64,000 bases of DNA from an uncultured Planctomycetota bacterium (GTDB lineage Bacteria > Planctomycetota > Phycisphaerae > Tepidisphaerales > Tepidisphaeraceae): positions 160,001-224,000 of the forward strand of contig CAWJEN010000006.1 of the NCBI GenBank assembly GCA_963841915.1, written 5' to 3'. This document shows, in pieces, positions 12,881-23,133 of this stretch. The notes beneath the pieces are model-generated. The model saw nothing but the letters and a program-made list of their open reading frames with translations. It made no database searches and was not told where the DNA came from. The position numbers were made by a program, and so were the translations under genes. Each line of letters starts with the position of its first letter. The stretch's first letter is position 1.

Positions 12881-14992
12881 ATGACTCTGCACATCTACAT
12901 GCATCTGTTTCGGGGGCCGGAACGGAACCTACGCGTGCTACACCACTGGAACCAATTTCGCCAGAGCCGACTCGCCGCGACTGCGGCGAGGCTTGCCCCG
13001 CCCGGAGTCGCTATCGGTGTGTTCGCGGCCGCCTCTGCCATTACGGTGCTGCTCGTCAACCACGAGGTAAACCGCACAAGGGCCATCGATGAGGCACGAT
13101 TTGCCGCCCATGTGGATGACGCCTCTGACGCCATCACGACCAGTCTCAACAACTTCGAGTTGCTGCTCGGAGGAGCACGGGGATTCGTTCACGGGTCCGA
13201 AACCGTCAGCCGCCAGGAATGGCGGACGTACGCCCAGGATCTCAACATCGACGAGACCGCGGCCGGCATCAAGGGCCTTGCACTCGTCCGTGGCGTGACT
13301 CACGAAGCGCTGCCTGACCTTATTGAGGAGATGCAACGGGAGTACCTGCCCGACTTTCGTGTGCATTCGGCACCCGACGCTGACCTGGATGATGCAGAGC
13401 AGCACCAAATCATCGTCTACCACGAGCCTCTTGAGCGCAACATGCGGGCGATCGGGTTTGACATCTCGCTCAACCCCGAAGCCATCGCCGCCCAGGAGTT
13501 GGCACGAGACACCGGGCTGATCTCGATGACCGGCCCGACGCCGCTTGTGCAGGACATGCGGGACACCGACCGCATCGGGCTCGTGATGTATGCCGCGACC
13601 TATGACAAGAGCCTGCCGCTGCTCACGGTCGAACAGCGTCGGGTGGCCCACACCGGCTTCATCGGTGCCCCCGTTTTTGCCGACGCGCTCATCGGCCGGG
13701 CCATCGGGCAGAATGTCAGCAGCCACATCGGCATGGCCGTGCGGGACCGGGACAGCGACGTCAAGCTCTGGGGATCGGGTGGCGTGTCCGACGCCGACTC
13801 CGTGGCCGAGCGGGTCGTCCAAATCAAACGTGGCGGCAGGACGTGGGACATCACGTTCGTCGCGCACCCGTCGTTCTCTGCCACAGCGTCGGCCCCGGCC
13901 AAGACCGCCGGCGCGGGCACCATCGCCACGGTGCTGTTGACCGCACTCGTTTGGTCGCTCAAGACGCTGCATCGCCGTGGCCGAACCGAGGTCGCCCGCA
14001 TGACCGCCCGTGCAGGTGAACTCGAAGCCCGCTTCACCGCCGCCTTCGAATCGAGCGGCATCGGCATGGCGCTCATTGACACTGAAGGTCGCTGGCTCCG
14101 CGTCAACAACGCGCTCGTTCGCCTCCTGGGACCTGCCGCCTCCAGCGTCGATAAGGGCAACCTGCACGAGGTCGTCCATCGCGACTACCTGACGAAAACC
14201 CTCGCCGCGGTCCGCGGCATTAACCACAACGAGACACGGCATGTAAACTTCGAATGTCGCTTCAAGAAAGATGATGGCGACGACATCTGGTGCGATCTGA
14301 GCCTCAGCGGTGTCGCAGACGGCACCGACGCCAACGGCAAGGCGGCCTACATCGTCGTTCAGATTCAAGACGCCACCACCCGCAAAGCAAGCGAACACGC
14401 CCTTGAACACGCCGCCACACACGACGTGCTCACCGGCCTGGCCAGTCGCTCGCAATTCAAGGCCTCGCTGAGCGGTTGCTTTGATCAAGGCGATCGCAAC
14501 AAACGACGCAGCGGCTTTGCCGTCCTGTTCCTCGACCTCGACCGCTTTAAAGAAGTCAACGACACCCTCGGCCACGAGGCCGGTGACGGCGTGCTCGTCG
14601 GCGTTGCCCGACGTATCTGCGGCAGCCTGCGAGGCAGCGGCACCACCTCGCGACCCGGCGGTGACGACCTGCCGGCACGGCTTGGTGGTGACGAATTCGT
14701 CGTCCTGCTTCGCGACGTGTCGAGCCGCGAGACGGCCATCGCCGTCGCCCGCCGGCTTCGCGACGCACTTGCTAAGGACTTTCACATCAACGGCCAGCCG
14801 ATCACCGTCGGGGCCAGCATCGGCGTCGCCACGAGCTTCGGCGGGTATGCCAATGCCGATGAGATGCTTCGCAGGGCCGACCACGCGATGTACGACGCCA
14901 AAGGCGCCGGACGCCTGGGCCGCGGTGACGTGGTGGTGGCCGACGACGTCAAAACCTTCGCCGCCTCAGAGCCCTTGCGGCTCGCCGCATGA
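12881..14992 (+). CDS. CHASE-PAS-GGDEF diguanylate cyclase
   Basis: Two TM segments around a CHASE-like region; PAS (FESSGIGMAL); DLDRFKEVNDTLGH, LGGDEF. Confidence 0.92.
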   Translation: MTLHIYMHLFRGPERNLRVLHHWNQFRQSRLAATAARLAPPGVAIGVFAAASAITVLLVNHEVNRTRAIDEARFAAHVDDASDAITTSLNNFELLLGGARGFVHGSETVSRQEWRTYAQDLNIDETAAGIKGLALVRGVTHEALPDLIEEMQREYLPDFRVHSAPDADLDDAEQHQIIVYHEPLERNMRAIGFDISLNPEAIAAQELARDTGLISMTGPTPLVQDMRDTDRIGLVMYAATYDKSLPLLTVEQRRVAHTGFIGAPVFADALIGRAIGQNVSSHIGMAVRDRDSDVKLWGSGGVSDADSVAERVVQIKRGGRTWDITFVAHPSFSATASAPAKTAGAGTIATVLLTALVWSLKTLHRRGRTEVARMTARAGELEARFTAAFESSGIGMALIDTEGRWLRVNNALVRLLGPAASSVDKGNLHEVVHRDYLTKTLAAVRGINHNETRHVNFECRFKKDDGDDIWCDLSLSGVADGTDANGKAAYIVVQIQDATTRKASEHALEHAATHDVLTGLASRSQFKASLSGCFDQGDRNKRRSGFAVLFLDLDRFKEVNDTLGHEAGDGVLVGVARRICGSLRGSGTTSRPGGDDLPARLGGDEFVVLLRDVSSRETAIAVARRLRDALAKDFHINGQPITVGASIGVATSFGGYANADEMLRRADHAMYDAKGAGRLGRGDVVVADDVKTFAASEPLRLAA

Positions 14993-15157
14993 GGTCCAAA
15001 TCACGTTCACCCTTATCGGGCAACAATCGTGTCGCAACTGGACTATCCAACGGCAATGGTCCGAACGTAGACTTACAGCCCCGCCCCTGGCTCGTTTGCC
15101 GCGTCTCCTGCGTCGGACCTGCCGCCCCTGCCCGCGATACAAGAGAATCCCGACGAC

Positions 15158-16177
15158 GTGCGTTACCTGTTCCGAGGCCTAATCCGTGAAACCGGCCGCA
15201 CCGTCGAAGGTGCCGTCGAGGCCGAATCGGCAGAAGATGCGCTGACTGCGCTGAGTAACAACGGCATCGTCACCGAGGACCTGACACCGGCCCCGATGCC
15301 GATCGGGCCCGCCTCGCCGCGGGCGGCCTTTGCGCCGTCGACCGCAGGCCGCGCCGGTGCCCCGCCCGTCCCGCCGGGCGACGAAGGCATTGATGCCGGT
15401 GACGAAGGAGCCATCGTCGGTGGATTGCGTCCGGCACCCGTCGGTCCGCCACCTCAGCATCCGGGCGCGACGAGCAGCGACCCGATCGATCAGGCCTTTG
15501 CCGCGGCAAGTCAGTCGGTCAGCTTCGATGCCGTCGCCCAGCGGTACAAAGGCAAAAGCGTTTGGGTCATCGACCGCGACCGCATCCGCAGGCAGGTGGC
15601 CGTTGTCGTCGACAAGGCGATTCAGACCGCCACCGACGACGCCAAGCGACAAGACGACGAGAGCGAGAAGGAACACAAATCTCGGCTCGACGAGACGGGT
15701 GATCGCGTACGTGAGTCTGTGGCGACAGCGTTGAAGGAGCTGTTCAAGGACAACCGCAACATCTCCAGCGAGATGTCAGCCGAAGAGGCCGCCAAGCAGC
15801 GGGCGGCCCAGCAACCTGCCGCCGCGGTGCAAGGCGGAACCGTCGCCGCCAGCACCCCCCAGCTTGAGGCTCTGACGGGCCGACTCGAGGCGTTTCTGGG
15901 TAAGGCTGAGACGGTCCTGACGCAGCTACAAGTCGCCGCCAGGCGTGTAGGCAGTGGCGGTGGTGGTGGCGGAGCGGCGGGCTTTGCCCCGCGTCGGATG
16001 AGCCACATCCCCAAGCCCCAGAACGACGAGCAGAACAGCGTGCTGATGGAGATCTTCAAGAGCAACATGAAGCTCCGAGACACCGTCCGCGCCAAGCCCG
16101 ACACCGCCTCGGCGACCGCGTCGGACGCCCCACCAGCCGAGGCATCCGCCGAAGCACAACCTGCCGCGACCGAATAA
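15158..16177 (+). CDS. Hypothetical protein (GspF/PilC N-terminus-like first ~45 aa, Pro-rich linker, helical segments)
   Basis: YLFRG...GRTVEGAVEAESAEDALTALSNNGI resembles the PilC/GspF N-terminal segment; no TM helices. Confidence 0.7.
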   Translation: MRYLFRGLIRETGRTVEGAVEAESAEDALTALSNNGIVTEDLTPAPMPIGPASPRAAFAPSTAGRAGAPPVPPGDEGIDAGDEGAIVGGLRPAPVGPPPQHPGATSSDPIDQAFAAASQSVSFDAVAQRYKGKSVWVIDRDRIRRQVAVVVDKAIQTATDDAKRQDDESEKEHKSRLDETGDRVRESVATALKELFKDNRNISSEMSAEEAAKQRAAQQPAAAVQGGTVAASTPQLEALTGRLEAFLGKAETVLTQLQVAARRVGSGGGGGGAAGFAPRRMSHIPKPQNDEQNSVLMEIFKSNMKLRDTVRAKPDTASATASDAPPAEASAEAQPAATE

Positions 16178-16320
16178 GGCGTGAGCAGATTGCCCGTCGC
16201 CGGCTCGGTGCCGATATGCGATGACATAGCACACGACCGAGCTCCCCCAAGCTCTACGATCCCACCTCGCCGAGGCCACTCGGCCTCTTTACCTACCGCA
16301 GCTTCAGCTTTATCAACCAG

Positions 16321-17403
16321 ATGGCCCAAACGAAAACCATTCTCGAGTCCCAGGCCGACGATTCCGGCCGCGAAGTCCAGGCCATGGTCATGGGCATCGA
16401 CCTCGGCACCAGCCGCTCGTCTATCGCCTCCATGAACGGCGTTCGCAAGACCGTCGAGTCCTACGTCGGCTTTGCCAAGGACGCCGTCAGCCGCAAGCAC
16501 CTCGGCGCCGACATCCTGTATGGCCGCGATGCCATCGACAACGAGATGAGCGTCAACCTCTACCGCCCCCTCGAAAAGGGCGTCATCAAGGGCACGCTCG
16601 GCGACGACGCCGACGAACTCGACAAGAACCTCGAAGCCGCCCAGCTCCTGGTCCGTCGCCTCGTCGAACTCACCAAGCCCTCACGCGACGAAGCCCTGTA
16701 CGGCGTCATCGGCGTCCCCTCACAGGCCAGTGACAAGAACAAGGAAGGTATCCTCGCCAGTGCCAAAGACGTTTTTGATGCGGTCATGATCGTCTCCGAG
16801 CCCTTCACCGTCGCCTACGGCATGGAGCGACTCAGCGACGTGCTCGTCGTCGACATCGGTGCCGGCACGACCGACCTTTCCCGCATGCACGGCACCGTGC
16901 CCTCGGCAGAGGACGAACGCTCGTTCCCCATCGCCGGCGACGCCATCGACCGCGAGCTCTACAAGATCCTGCAGGAGCGTTACCCCGAGGCGTCGCTCAC
17001 GGTCAACATGTGCAAGAAGTTCAAGGAGTCGTACGGCTACGTCAGCGACACCAAGGACAAGATCGAAGTGCTGCTGCCCGTCAAGGGCAAACCCACGCCC
17101 TTCGACATCACCAACGAGATGAAGCAGGCGTGCGAGATCCTGGTCGAGCCGATCCTCGAAGGCGTTGCCGACCTGATCAGCACGTTCAACCCCGAGTTCC
17201 AGGAAAAGCTCCGCAACAACGTCATCATCGCCGGTGGTGGCAGCCAGATGCGTGGTCTCAACAAGCGCGTCGAGGACGGTCTGGAGCGTGTCGGTGGCGG
17301 CAAGGTGACGATCGTCGACGAGCCGATCTACGCCGGTGCCAACGGTGCCCTGCAGCTGGCCCTCGACATGCCGGCCGACTACTGGCAGCAGCTGCACGAC
17401 TGA
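16321..17403 (+). CDS. MamK-like actin family ATPase
   Basis: GIDLGTS, VIGVPSQAS, VSEPF, DIGAGTTD, HGTVP, AGGGS, GALQLALDMPADYWQQL match MamK-type rather than MreB signatures. Confidence 0.85.
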   Translation: MAQTKTILESQADDSGREVQAMVMGIDLGTSRSSIASMNGVRKTVESYVGFAKDAVSRKHLGADILYGRDAIDNEMSVNLYRPLEKGVIKGTLGDDADELDKNLEAAQLLVRRLVELTKPSRDEALYGVIGVPSQASDKNKEGILASAKDVFDAVMIVSEPFTVAYGMERLSDVLVVDIGAGTTDLSRMHGTVPSAEDERSFPIAGDAIDRELYKILQERYPEASLTVNMCKKFKESYGYVSDTKDKIEVLLPVKGKPTPFDITNEMKQACEILVEPILEGVADLISTFNPEFQEKLRNNVIIAGGGSQMRGLNKRVEDGLERVGGGKVTIVDEPIYAGANGALQLALDMPADYWQQLHD

Positions 17404-17426
17404 TCCGTCTTTGGTCGCAATCGATC

Positions 17427-17459
17427 GAAGCCCACGGCCACTCGCCGTGGGCTTCTTCG
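17427..17459 (+). terminator. Hairpin after actin gene
   Basis: GAAGCCCACGGC-CACTC-GCCGTGGGCTTC followed by TTCG. Confidence 0.55.
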
Positions 17460-17475
17460 TTGGCTAAAGAGCCCC

Positions 17476-17490
17476 GAGCCGCGGTCCCAC
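17476..17490. repeat. REP-like element family A, half copy
   Basis: GAGCCGCGGTCCCAC, identical to the left part of the copy at 61913. Confidence 0.55.
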
Positions 17491-17565
17491 CCTTCTTTCA
17501 AAGATCGCACGCCTGACTTTTTAGACGGTTGTCGTTCAATCTCGTGCGGGCTTACAACGGTCCGA

Positions 17566-18147
17566 ATGAGCATTAAACTTGCCACCGTCTATTGGTCGGG
17601 CTACGGCCACACGAAGAAGCTCGCCGAGGCGATCCACGAAGCCGCCGCGGCGGAGAGCGATGTCGAGGCCGTGCTGCTCGACGCCGAGAATCTGCAGGAA
17701 GGCGACGCCCTTGAGCCGCTGGATGACTGCGACGCGATCATCTTCGGCACGCCGACCTACATGGGCGGACCGGCAGCGAAGTTCAAGGGTTTCATCGACG
17801 CCGCCAGTGGCCGTTGGATGAAGCAAGCGTGGAAGGACAAAGTCGCCGGCGGCTTCACCAACAGCGGCTCGATGAGTGGCGACAAGCAAGGCACGCTCCA
17901 GGCGCTGCACGTCAACGCCATGCAACACGGCATGATCTGGGTCGGCCAGGCCGAGTTGCCCGCGCAGTCTGAGGTCGAGGGGCCAGGTGCCGACAAGGTC
18001 AACCGGATCGGCAGCTACATCGGCGTGATGGCCAAGAGCGCCAGCGGCAGCCCGGAAGGTCCCGGCGAAGGCGATCTCGAAACTGGTCGGATTTATGCCC
18101 GCCGCGTGGTCACTGTGACCAAGCACCTCAAGGCCGGTCGCGCCTGA
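17566..18147 (+). CDS. Flavodoxin/WrbA-like NAD(P)H-dependent oxidoreductase
   Basis: SGYGHT, FGTPTYMG, GFTNSGSMSGDK. Confidence 0.9.
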   Translation: MSIKLATVYWSGYGHTKKLAEAIHEAAAAESDVEAVLLDAENLQEGDALEPLDDCDAIIFGTPTYMGGPAAKFKGFIDAASGRWMKQAWKDKVAGGFTNSGSMSGDKQGTLQALHVNAMQHGMIWVGQAELPAQSEVEGPGADKVNRIGSYIGVMAKSASGSPEGPGEGDLETGRIYARRVVTVTKHLKAGRA

Positions 18148-18149
18148 GA

Positions 18150-18725
18150 TCAGCTACGCGCCTCGCGTGTGCAGTGGTCGAACAAGACACGCCACTCGGC
18201 CTGCTGGATTCGAACCGCTGGCCGCCACAGGGGCGACGCTTCGCCGCCCTCGTGGGCGGCCTGGCATAGATCTACAAAGGCCGTCGGATCCCAATCGTCG
18301 GTACCGAGCTTGAACAGGCGCTTGTCGGCCGGCTCGTCGCGCGTCGCCTCGGCCGCGTGGGTCGCCAGCGTCGGGAACAGCAAGTCGGACACGCCGGCCA
18401 TTCGGAACCAGTATTTCGCGTTCGAGAAGTCGCCTTCTCGACGGTGCATGATCCCGTGCCAGTAGCTACCGGCAAACGTGTCGACACCCTGACTGATCGC
18501 GTGAGACGCATCGAGGAAGTCGTGCCACAGCCACAGCCCTGCCCGGCAACACGCCTCGGCGTCGGCGTCGGTGGCGTCTTTGACCACGCCTTCGTCCGCC
18601 AGCGTTTCCAGGATCGGACGGGCCGACTCATTGGGTGACGTCGGGACCATCTTCTCATAAGCCTTCATGACGTCGAGCTTCAACGCCTCGCGAGCCGCCG
18701 CCGTGAGTGTGTCTTGATCTGCCAT
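18150..18725 (-). CDS. Conserved hypothetical protein
   Basis: LWLWHDFLDASHAISQ, YWHGIMHRREGDFSNAKYWF; real start judged at 18725, not 20450. Confidence 0.8.
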   Translation of the reverse strand: MADQDTLTAAAREALKLDVMKAYEKMVPTSPNESARPILETLADEGVVKDATDADAEACCRAGLWLWHDFLDASHAISQGVDTFAGSYWHGIMHRREGDFSNAKYWFRMAGVSDLLFPTLATHAAEATRDEPADKRLFKLGTDDWDPTAFVDLCQAAHEGGEASPLWRPAVRIQQAEWRVLFDHCTREARS

Positions 18726-18773
18726 AGACAACGGTAGAGCCTTTGCGGTCTCCGGCTCGTATCCTCCACCGCC

Positions 18774-20231
18774 ATGCCCACCGCTCAGGAAGTCAAGACG
18801 CTCGTCGGTCTCGAAATTCACGTTCAGCTCAACACCGACAGCAAGATGTTCACCGATGCCAAGAACGGCTTCGGCGGCGAGCCCAATACGCAGGTCACGC
18901 CGATGGTGATGGGCTTGCCCGGCACGCTGCCGGTCATGAACAAGCTCGCCGTCGAGCACGCCATTACCGCCGGCCTGGCACTCGGCTGCGAGATCGCCAA
19001 GACGTGCAAGTGGGACCGCAAGAGCTACTACTACCCGGATCTTCCCAAAAATTACCAGATTTCGCAGTACGACCAGCCGCTGTGCGGCGAAGGCGTCTAC
19101 GAGCTGACGCTGGCCGACGGCACCACGAAAAGTGTGCGCATTCGACGCGCTCACCTTGAAGAAGACTCCGGCAAGCTGATGCACGACGCACCGGGCGGCT
19201 ACGCGATCGATTACAGCATCGTCGACCTCAACCGGGCTGGAACGCCCTTGCTGGAGATCGTCACCGAACCCGACTTCGACTCGGCAGAAGACGTCTCGGC
19301 GTTTGCCAGGGAACTGCAGCAACTCGTCCAGTACCTCGGCGTCAGCGAGGGCCAGATGCAGATGGGCCACATGCGGTTCGAGCCCAACATCAACCTCCAC
19401 ATCACCGACGACGCCGGCAACAAGCACAAGACCGCCATCACCGAGGTCAAGAACCTCAACAGCTTCAACGTGGTCGAAAAGGCCATCGCCAGCGAGGTCA
19501 AGCGACAGCTCGCCGCTTGGGAAGCCAACGGCGACCTCGGCTCGAAAGCGACCTACGGCTGGGACGAAGCGGCTGGTCGGACGGTGCTGCAACGTGAAAA
19601 GGAAGAAGCCCACGACTACCGCTACTTTCCCGACCCCGACCTGATGCCGGTCGAGGTGGATGATGCCTGGCTGACAGAGCTCAAGAGCCGCATCGGCGAA
19701 CTGCCCGCCGCCCGGCGGAAGCGGTACCTGGGCGAGCTGCAGCTCAACGAGCAGGTGGCGATGGACCTCAGCCAGCACAAGCCGCTGGGCGACTATTTCG
19801 ATGCGGTGGTGGCCGCCGGTGCCGAGCCCAAGCGGGCGGCGGCGGTGGTCGAGACCCTGCGTGAAATGGCGGGCGAGGGACCGATCGACAGCGTCGGCGT
19901 CAACCCCGAGCGGGCGGCGGAAGTCGCCAGGTTGGCCGCCGATTCGAAGATCGCGGCGAGCAAGGAAGTGGCCGGAAAAATCCTGCGCAAGCTGGCCGAC
20001 GACGGCGGCGACGCCGAAGCCGCCGCCGAGTCTTTGGGCCTCATCCAATCGAGTGACACCGGCCCGGTCGACGACGCAATTGATGCCATGCTCGCCGAGA
20101 ACCCCAAGCCGCTTCAGCAATACCGCGAAGGCAAACAGGCGGCTTTCGGTGCCCTCGTCGGCAACGTCATGAAGCGGGGCAAGGGCCTGAACCCGAAGCT
20201 CGTTCAGGAACGACTCAAGGCGAAGCTGTAG
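18774..20231 (+). CDS. gatB: Asp/Glu-tRNA amidotransferase subunit B
   Basis: GLEIHVQL, RKSYYYPDLPKNYQISQ, HLEEDSGK, DLNRAGTPLLEIVTEP, DYRYFPDPDL. Confidence 0.97.
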   Translation: MPTAQEVKTLVGLEIHVQLNTDSKMFTDAKNGFGGEPNTQVTPMVMGLPGTLPVMNKLAVEHAITAGLALGCEIAKTCKWDRKSYYYPDLPKNYQISQYDQPLCGEGVYELTLADGTTKSVRIRRAHLEEDSGKLMHDAPGGYAIDYSIVDLNRAGTPLLEIVTEPDFDSAEDVSAFARELQQLVQYLGVSEGQMQMGHMRFEPNINLHITDDAGNKHKTAITEVKNLNSFNVVEKAIASEVKRQLAAWEANGDLGSKATYGWDEAAGRTVLQREKEEAHDYRYFPDPDLMPVEVDDAWLTELKSRIGELPAARRKRYLGELQLNEQVAMDLSQHKPLGDYFDAVVAAGAEPKRAAAVVETLREMAGEGPIDSVGVNPERAAEVARLAADSKIAASKEVAGKILRKLADDGGDAEAAAESLGLIQSSDTGPVDDAIDAMLAENPKPLQQYREGKQAAFGALVGNVMKRGKGLNPKLVQERLKAKL

Positions 20232-20424
20232 CATTGCGTTCGGGCGGGACTTCGTGTGCGACAACACACCGTGCACCTTGTTCAAGAACGAGCAAATCAT
20301 CAAAATCAGCATCAAATAATCCGATGCTGGCAAACGGCTTAACCACGCTAACGGAGCGTGGAAGACGTGGCGCGCCGCGATGTTCTCTTGCCACTCTTGC
20401 CACGAGTCGAGTGAACTTGCTGGC

Positions 20425-20658
20425 ATGCCAAGCCCTGTTCGCTTTGCCATCGTCCGTCGTCAGCTTGAAGCCGTCGGCTGGACCTTCAGCCACATCAGCG
20501 GCTCTCACCACGTTTTTAAGAAGCCCGGGCAACGGAGCTACCCCGTGCCGGTGCATGGTGGTAAAGTGCAACCAAACTATGTCCGTGTCATCGACAAGCT
20601 CATCAAAGACGCCGCGGCCGATCACGACGAAAATGCGTCGGGCGGCCGCGGAGCTTGA
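20425..20658 (+). CDS. hicA: HicA family toxin
   Basis: GWTFSHISGSHHVFKKPG...PVPVH. Confidence 0.85.
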   Translation: MPSPVRFAIVRRQLEAVGWTFSHISGSHHVFKKPGQRSYPVPVHGGKVQPNYVRVIDKLIKDAAADHDENASGGRGA

Positions 20659-20659
20659 G

Positions 20660-21064
20660 ATGGACGTCGAGCAGTACGAGCAGGTCTCACGCCCGCTCGA
20701 TTCCGACCTGCTTCGGCGGGCCAAGCAGATCGTCAGTCGCTATCGCATGTTCGTCCAGTGGCACGAAGATGAGCGGCTCTTCTTTGCCGGTGCTGCCGAG
20801 CACGGCAGCCCGTGTGGCCATGGCAGTACGCGCGAGACCGCGCTGAAAATGGCGACTGAAGGCACCATTGCAGTCGTTGCGACTGAACTTGAAGATGGAG
20901 TCGAACCTGCCGCCCCTCTCGGCGAGCATTCAGATGACCAACGGCACGTTGATGTCGCCTTGTCGGCCGACGAGGAACGCTCTCTAGTGGATGCGGCCAA
21001 GCGGGAAGGCTTCGCCGATCTGTCAACCTACTTACGTAGCACCGCACTGGCGAAGGCGGGCTAG
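20660..21064 (+). CDS. hicB: HicB family antitoxin with C-terminal RHH-like domain (alternative start 20633)
   Basis: YRMFVQWHEDERLFF...GHGSTRETAL...EDGVEPAAP; directly follows hicA. Confidence 0.8.
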   Translation: MDVEQYEQVSRPLDSDLLRRAKQIVSRYRMFVQWHEDERLFFAGAAEHGSPCGHGSTRETALKMATEGTIAVVATELEDGVEPAAPLGEHSDDQRHVDVALSADEERSLVDAAKREGFADLSTYLRSTALAKAG

Positions 21065-21072
21065 CAGGTGGT

Positions 21073-22653
21073 TCATTCACCTTCGCCAGCAATAAAGCTC
21101 CGCACGTCTTCGCCGATCTGCTTGCGCTCGTCGGCGACGTGGTACATCATGTGGCCGCCCTCGTAGTACGTCTGCACGATTCGCTCCCGCACCTCCGGCG
21201 GGACGTCAAACTGGTCAACCGTGTAGTCGGCTCCGTACCACGGCGTGGCCAGGTCATAGATGCCGCTGGCGACGAGAAGCCTCAAGCCGGGAATCTCGTT
21301 CAGCGCTCGCTCGAGGTCGTCGGCGACGTTCAAGTAGCCGCCGCTGTAGCTGTTGGCTGAATCAGCAGTCGGCTTCCACGGTCGGGTTCGGCTGCTGAGC
21401 ACTTCGTACGCCAAGTCGCTCTCAAAGCCGAGGCGGCCGCGGATGTAGTCGTTGAAGGCACCGGCGTAGAGGCCGTAGTAACCGCCGAGCGACGGATCGC
21501 TGTCCGGCTCGGCGGCGGCGGGATCGCGGTCGTGGCCGGTCAGTCGCCCATCCATGCGACCGACGACCTGCCGCTCGTCGGCGAGCAACTGCTTCATGAA
21601 GCGGAACGGGCCGACCCGCAGATCGTTCATCATCACGTAGTCGGCGTCGAGGCCGGTCAATTTCGCGTACTCCTCGGCAACGTTGCGGCGGGCGGCCTCG
21701 TCGAGCGAACGACCACGAACCAGCGCCGGCAGATACCGCTCGACAGCAAACTCCGCTGCCGCTCGGCGGGCTTCATCGGGCGCCATGTCAATTTTTCCGT
21801 GAAACGCCGCCGTGGCTGCGTACGTCGGCAGGAAGCTTACCAGCGGCATCGGGTTGTTGGCCGCCTCCCGGATCGTGCTGAAGTCGAGCACGGTGCTGAT
21901 GAGAATGACACCACTGACGTCAAAGCCGAAGCGGTCGTGCAGATCGATCGCAAGCCGTGCCGCCCGCGTGGTGCCGTAGCTCTCACCGGCGAGGAACTTC
22001 TTGTCGTCCCACCGGCCGAATCGGGTGCAGTGCAGGCGGATGAACTCACCTACCCACTTTGTGTCCTGTTCGACGCCGTAGAACCGCTCGCCTTCGTCTT
22101 TGACGTCGGCATCCTGGTCCTGCTTGCCGTCCTTGTCTTTGTCTTCCTTTTTCGTGGCCGCACGGCTGAAGCCGGTGCCGATCGGGTCGATGAAGACAAG
22201 GTCGGTGGCGGCGAGCCAGCTCGACTCGTTTTTTACGACAACGCTCGGCGGCTGGGGCGGCGTGCCGTCGTCGGGTAAATCGACGCGAAACGGACCGGCC
22301 GTGCCCAGGTGCAGCCAGACGCTCGCCGCGCCTGGTCCGCCGTTGAAGACGTAGGTGATCGGCCGCGGCTGAGTCTCGTGCAACGGCTTGCCGTCGTCAC
22401 CCGTTGCCGCGTAGTAGACGAAGAAGATCGTGCCGCGCGTGACGCCCGCATCGTCCTTCATGTCCAGCTCGGCGGCCCTGGCCTCGAACTTGACGCCGGC
22501 TGCTTCGTGCTGCGTGACGCTGTTGCTCTTGAACGCCGGCTGATCGGCCGCGGGCTGGGCGTCGTCGACCTTGTCCTCCTGTGCCCCGGCCGTGCCCGCC
22601 ATGGCCAGAACGAACGGCAGAGCGATCAACGCGTTCCACATCACATCAGGCAT
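21073..22653 (-). CDS. S10 family serine carboxypeptidase, secreted
   Basis: FNGGPG, IDPIGTGFS, GESYG, GIYDL, GGHMMY. Confidence 0.92.
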   Translation of the reverse strand: MPDVMWNALIALPFVLAMAGTAGAQEDKVDDAQPAADQPAFKSNSVTQHEAAGVKFEARAAELDMKDDAGVTRGTIFFVYYAATGDDGKPLHETQPRPITYVFNGGPGAASVWLHLGTAGPFRVDLPDDGTPPQPPSVVVKNESSWLAATDLVFIDPIGTGFSRAATKKEDKDKDGKQDQDADVKDEGERFYGVEQDTKWVGEFIRLHCTRFGRWDDKKFLAGESYGTTRAARLAIDLHDRFGFDVSGVILISTVLDFSTIREAANNPMPLVSFLPTYAATAAFHGKIDMAPDEARRAAAEFAVERYLPALVRGRSLDEAARRNVAEEYAKLTGLDADYVMMNDLRVGPFRFMKQLLADERQVVGRMDGRLTGHDRDPAAAEPDSDPSLGGYYGLYAGAFNDYIRGRLGFESDLAYEVLSSRTRPWKPTADSANSYSGGYLNVADDLERALNEIPGLRLLVASGIYDLATPWYGADYTVDQFDVPPEVRERIVQTYYEGGHMMYHVADERKQIGEDVRSFIAGEGE

Positions 22654-22689
22654 ACCCGCACACTATCCGCCGGACGCTGCACACTGCGG

Positions 22690-23133
22690 TCAGACGATCT
22701 GCGAGAGTTCACGGCGGCTGTGGGCGTCGAGTTCATCGGGCGGCGGCAGCTCGAAGATCTGACCATCCGCATCGCGGATCAAGGTGCGGCCGTCCGCCAA
22801 CGCCCGAAGGTCTTCGCGTTCGCGTAGCAGCACCCGGTGATTGCCGCGGTCGGTCGACACCTCGAAGAGCGTCACCGCGTTGGCCGACTTCACCGCATTG
22901 ACCCGCAGAATGCGTGGCACAAACGTGTGGCGTTGCAGCCACGCCTCGATCGCCCCGCGGCTCCTGGCCGGCAGCTTCGTCAGGTCGTCGATGCACGTCA
23001 CCTCGTTGCCGTCGCCGTCACGCAGGACGATCATGCGATCCGGGTGCGACCACGGGAACCCTCGGGCGGCGGTCACTGTCGTGCCGTCGCTCGTGACCAG
23101 GTCGCCGGCTTCGTTGAGGTCGACGTCGGTCAT
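22690..23133 (-). CDS. DUF1854 domain protein
   Basis: RGFPWSHPD, FVPRILRV, VSTDRG, LDAHSRREL; overlaps ABC gene stop. Confidence 0.8.
   Translation of the reverse strand: MTDVDLNEAGDLVTSDGTTVTAARGFPWSHPDRMIVLRDGDGNEVTCIDDLTKLPARSRGAIEAWLQRHTFVPRILRVNAVKSANAVTLFEVSTDRGNHRVLLREREDLRALADGRTLIRDADGQIFELPPPDELDAHSRRELSQIV

Noticed and set aside
16321..17403. Magnetosome gene cluster or mreBCD operon
   Set aside because: No other mam/mms or mreC/mreD gene is recognisable nearby.
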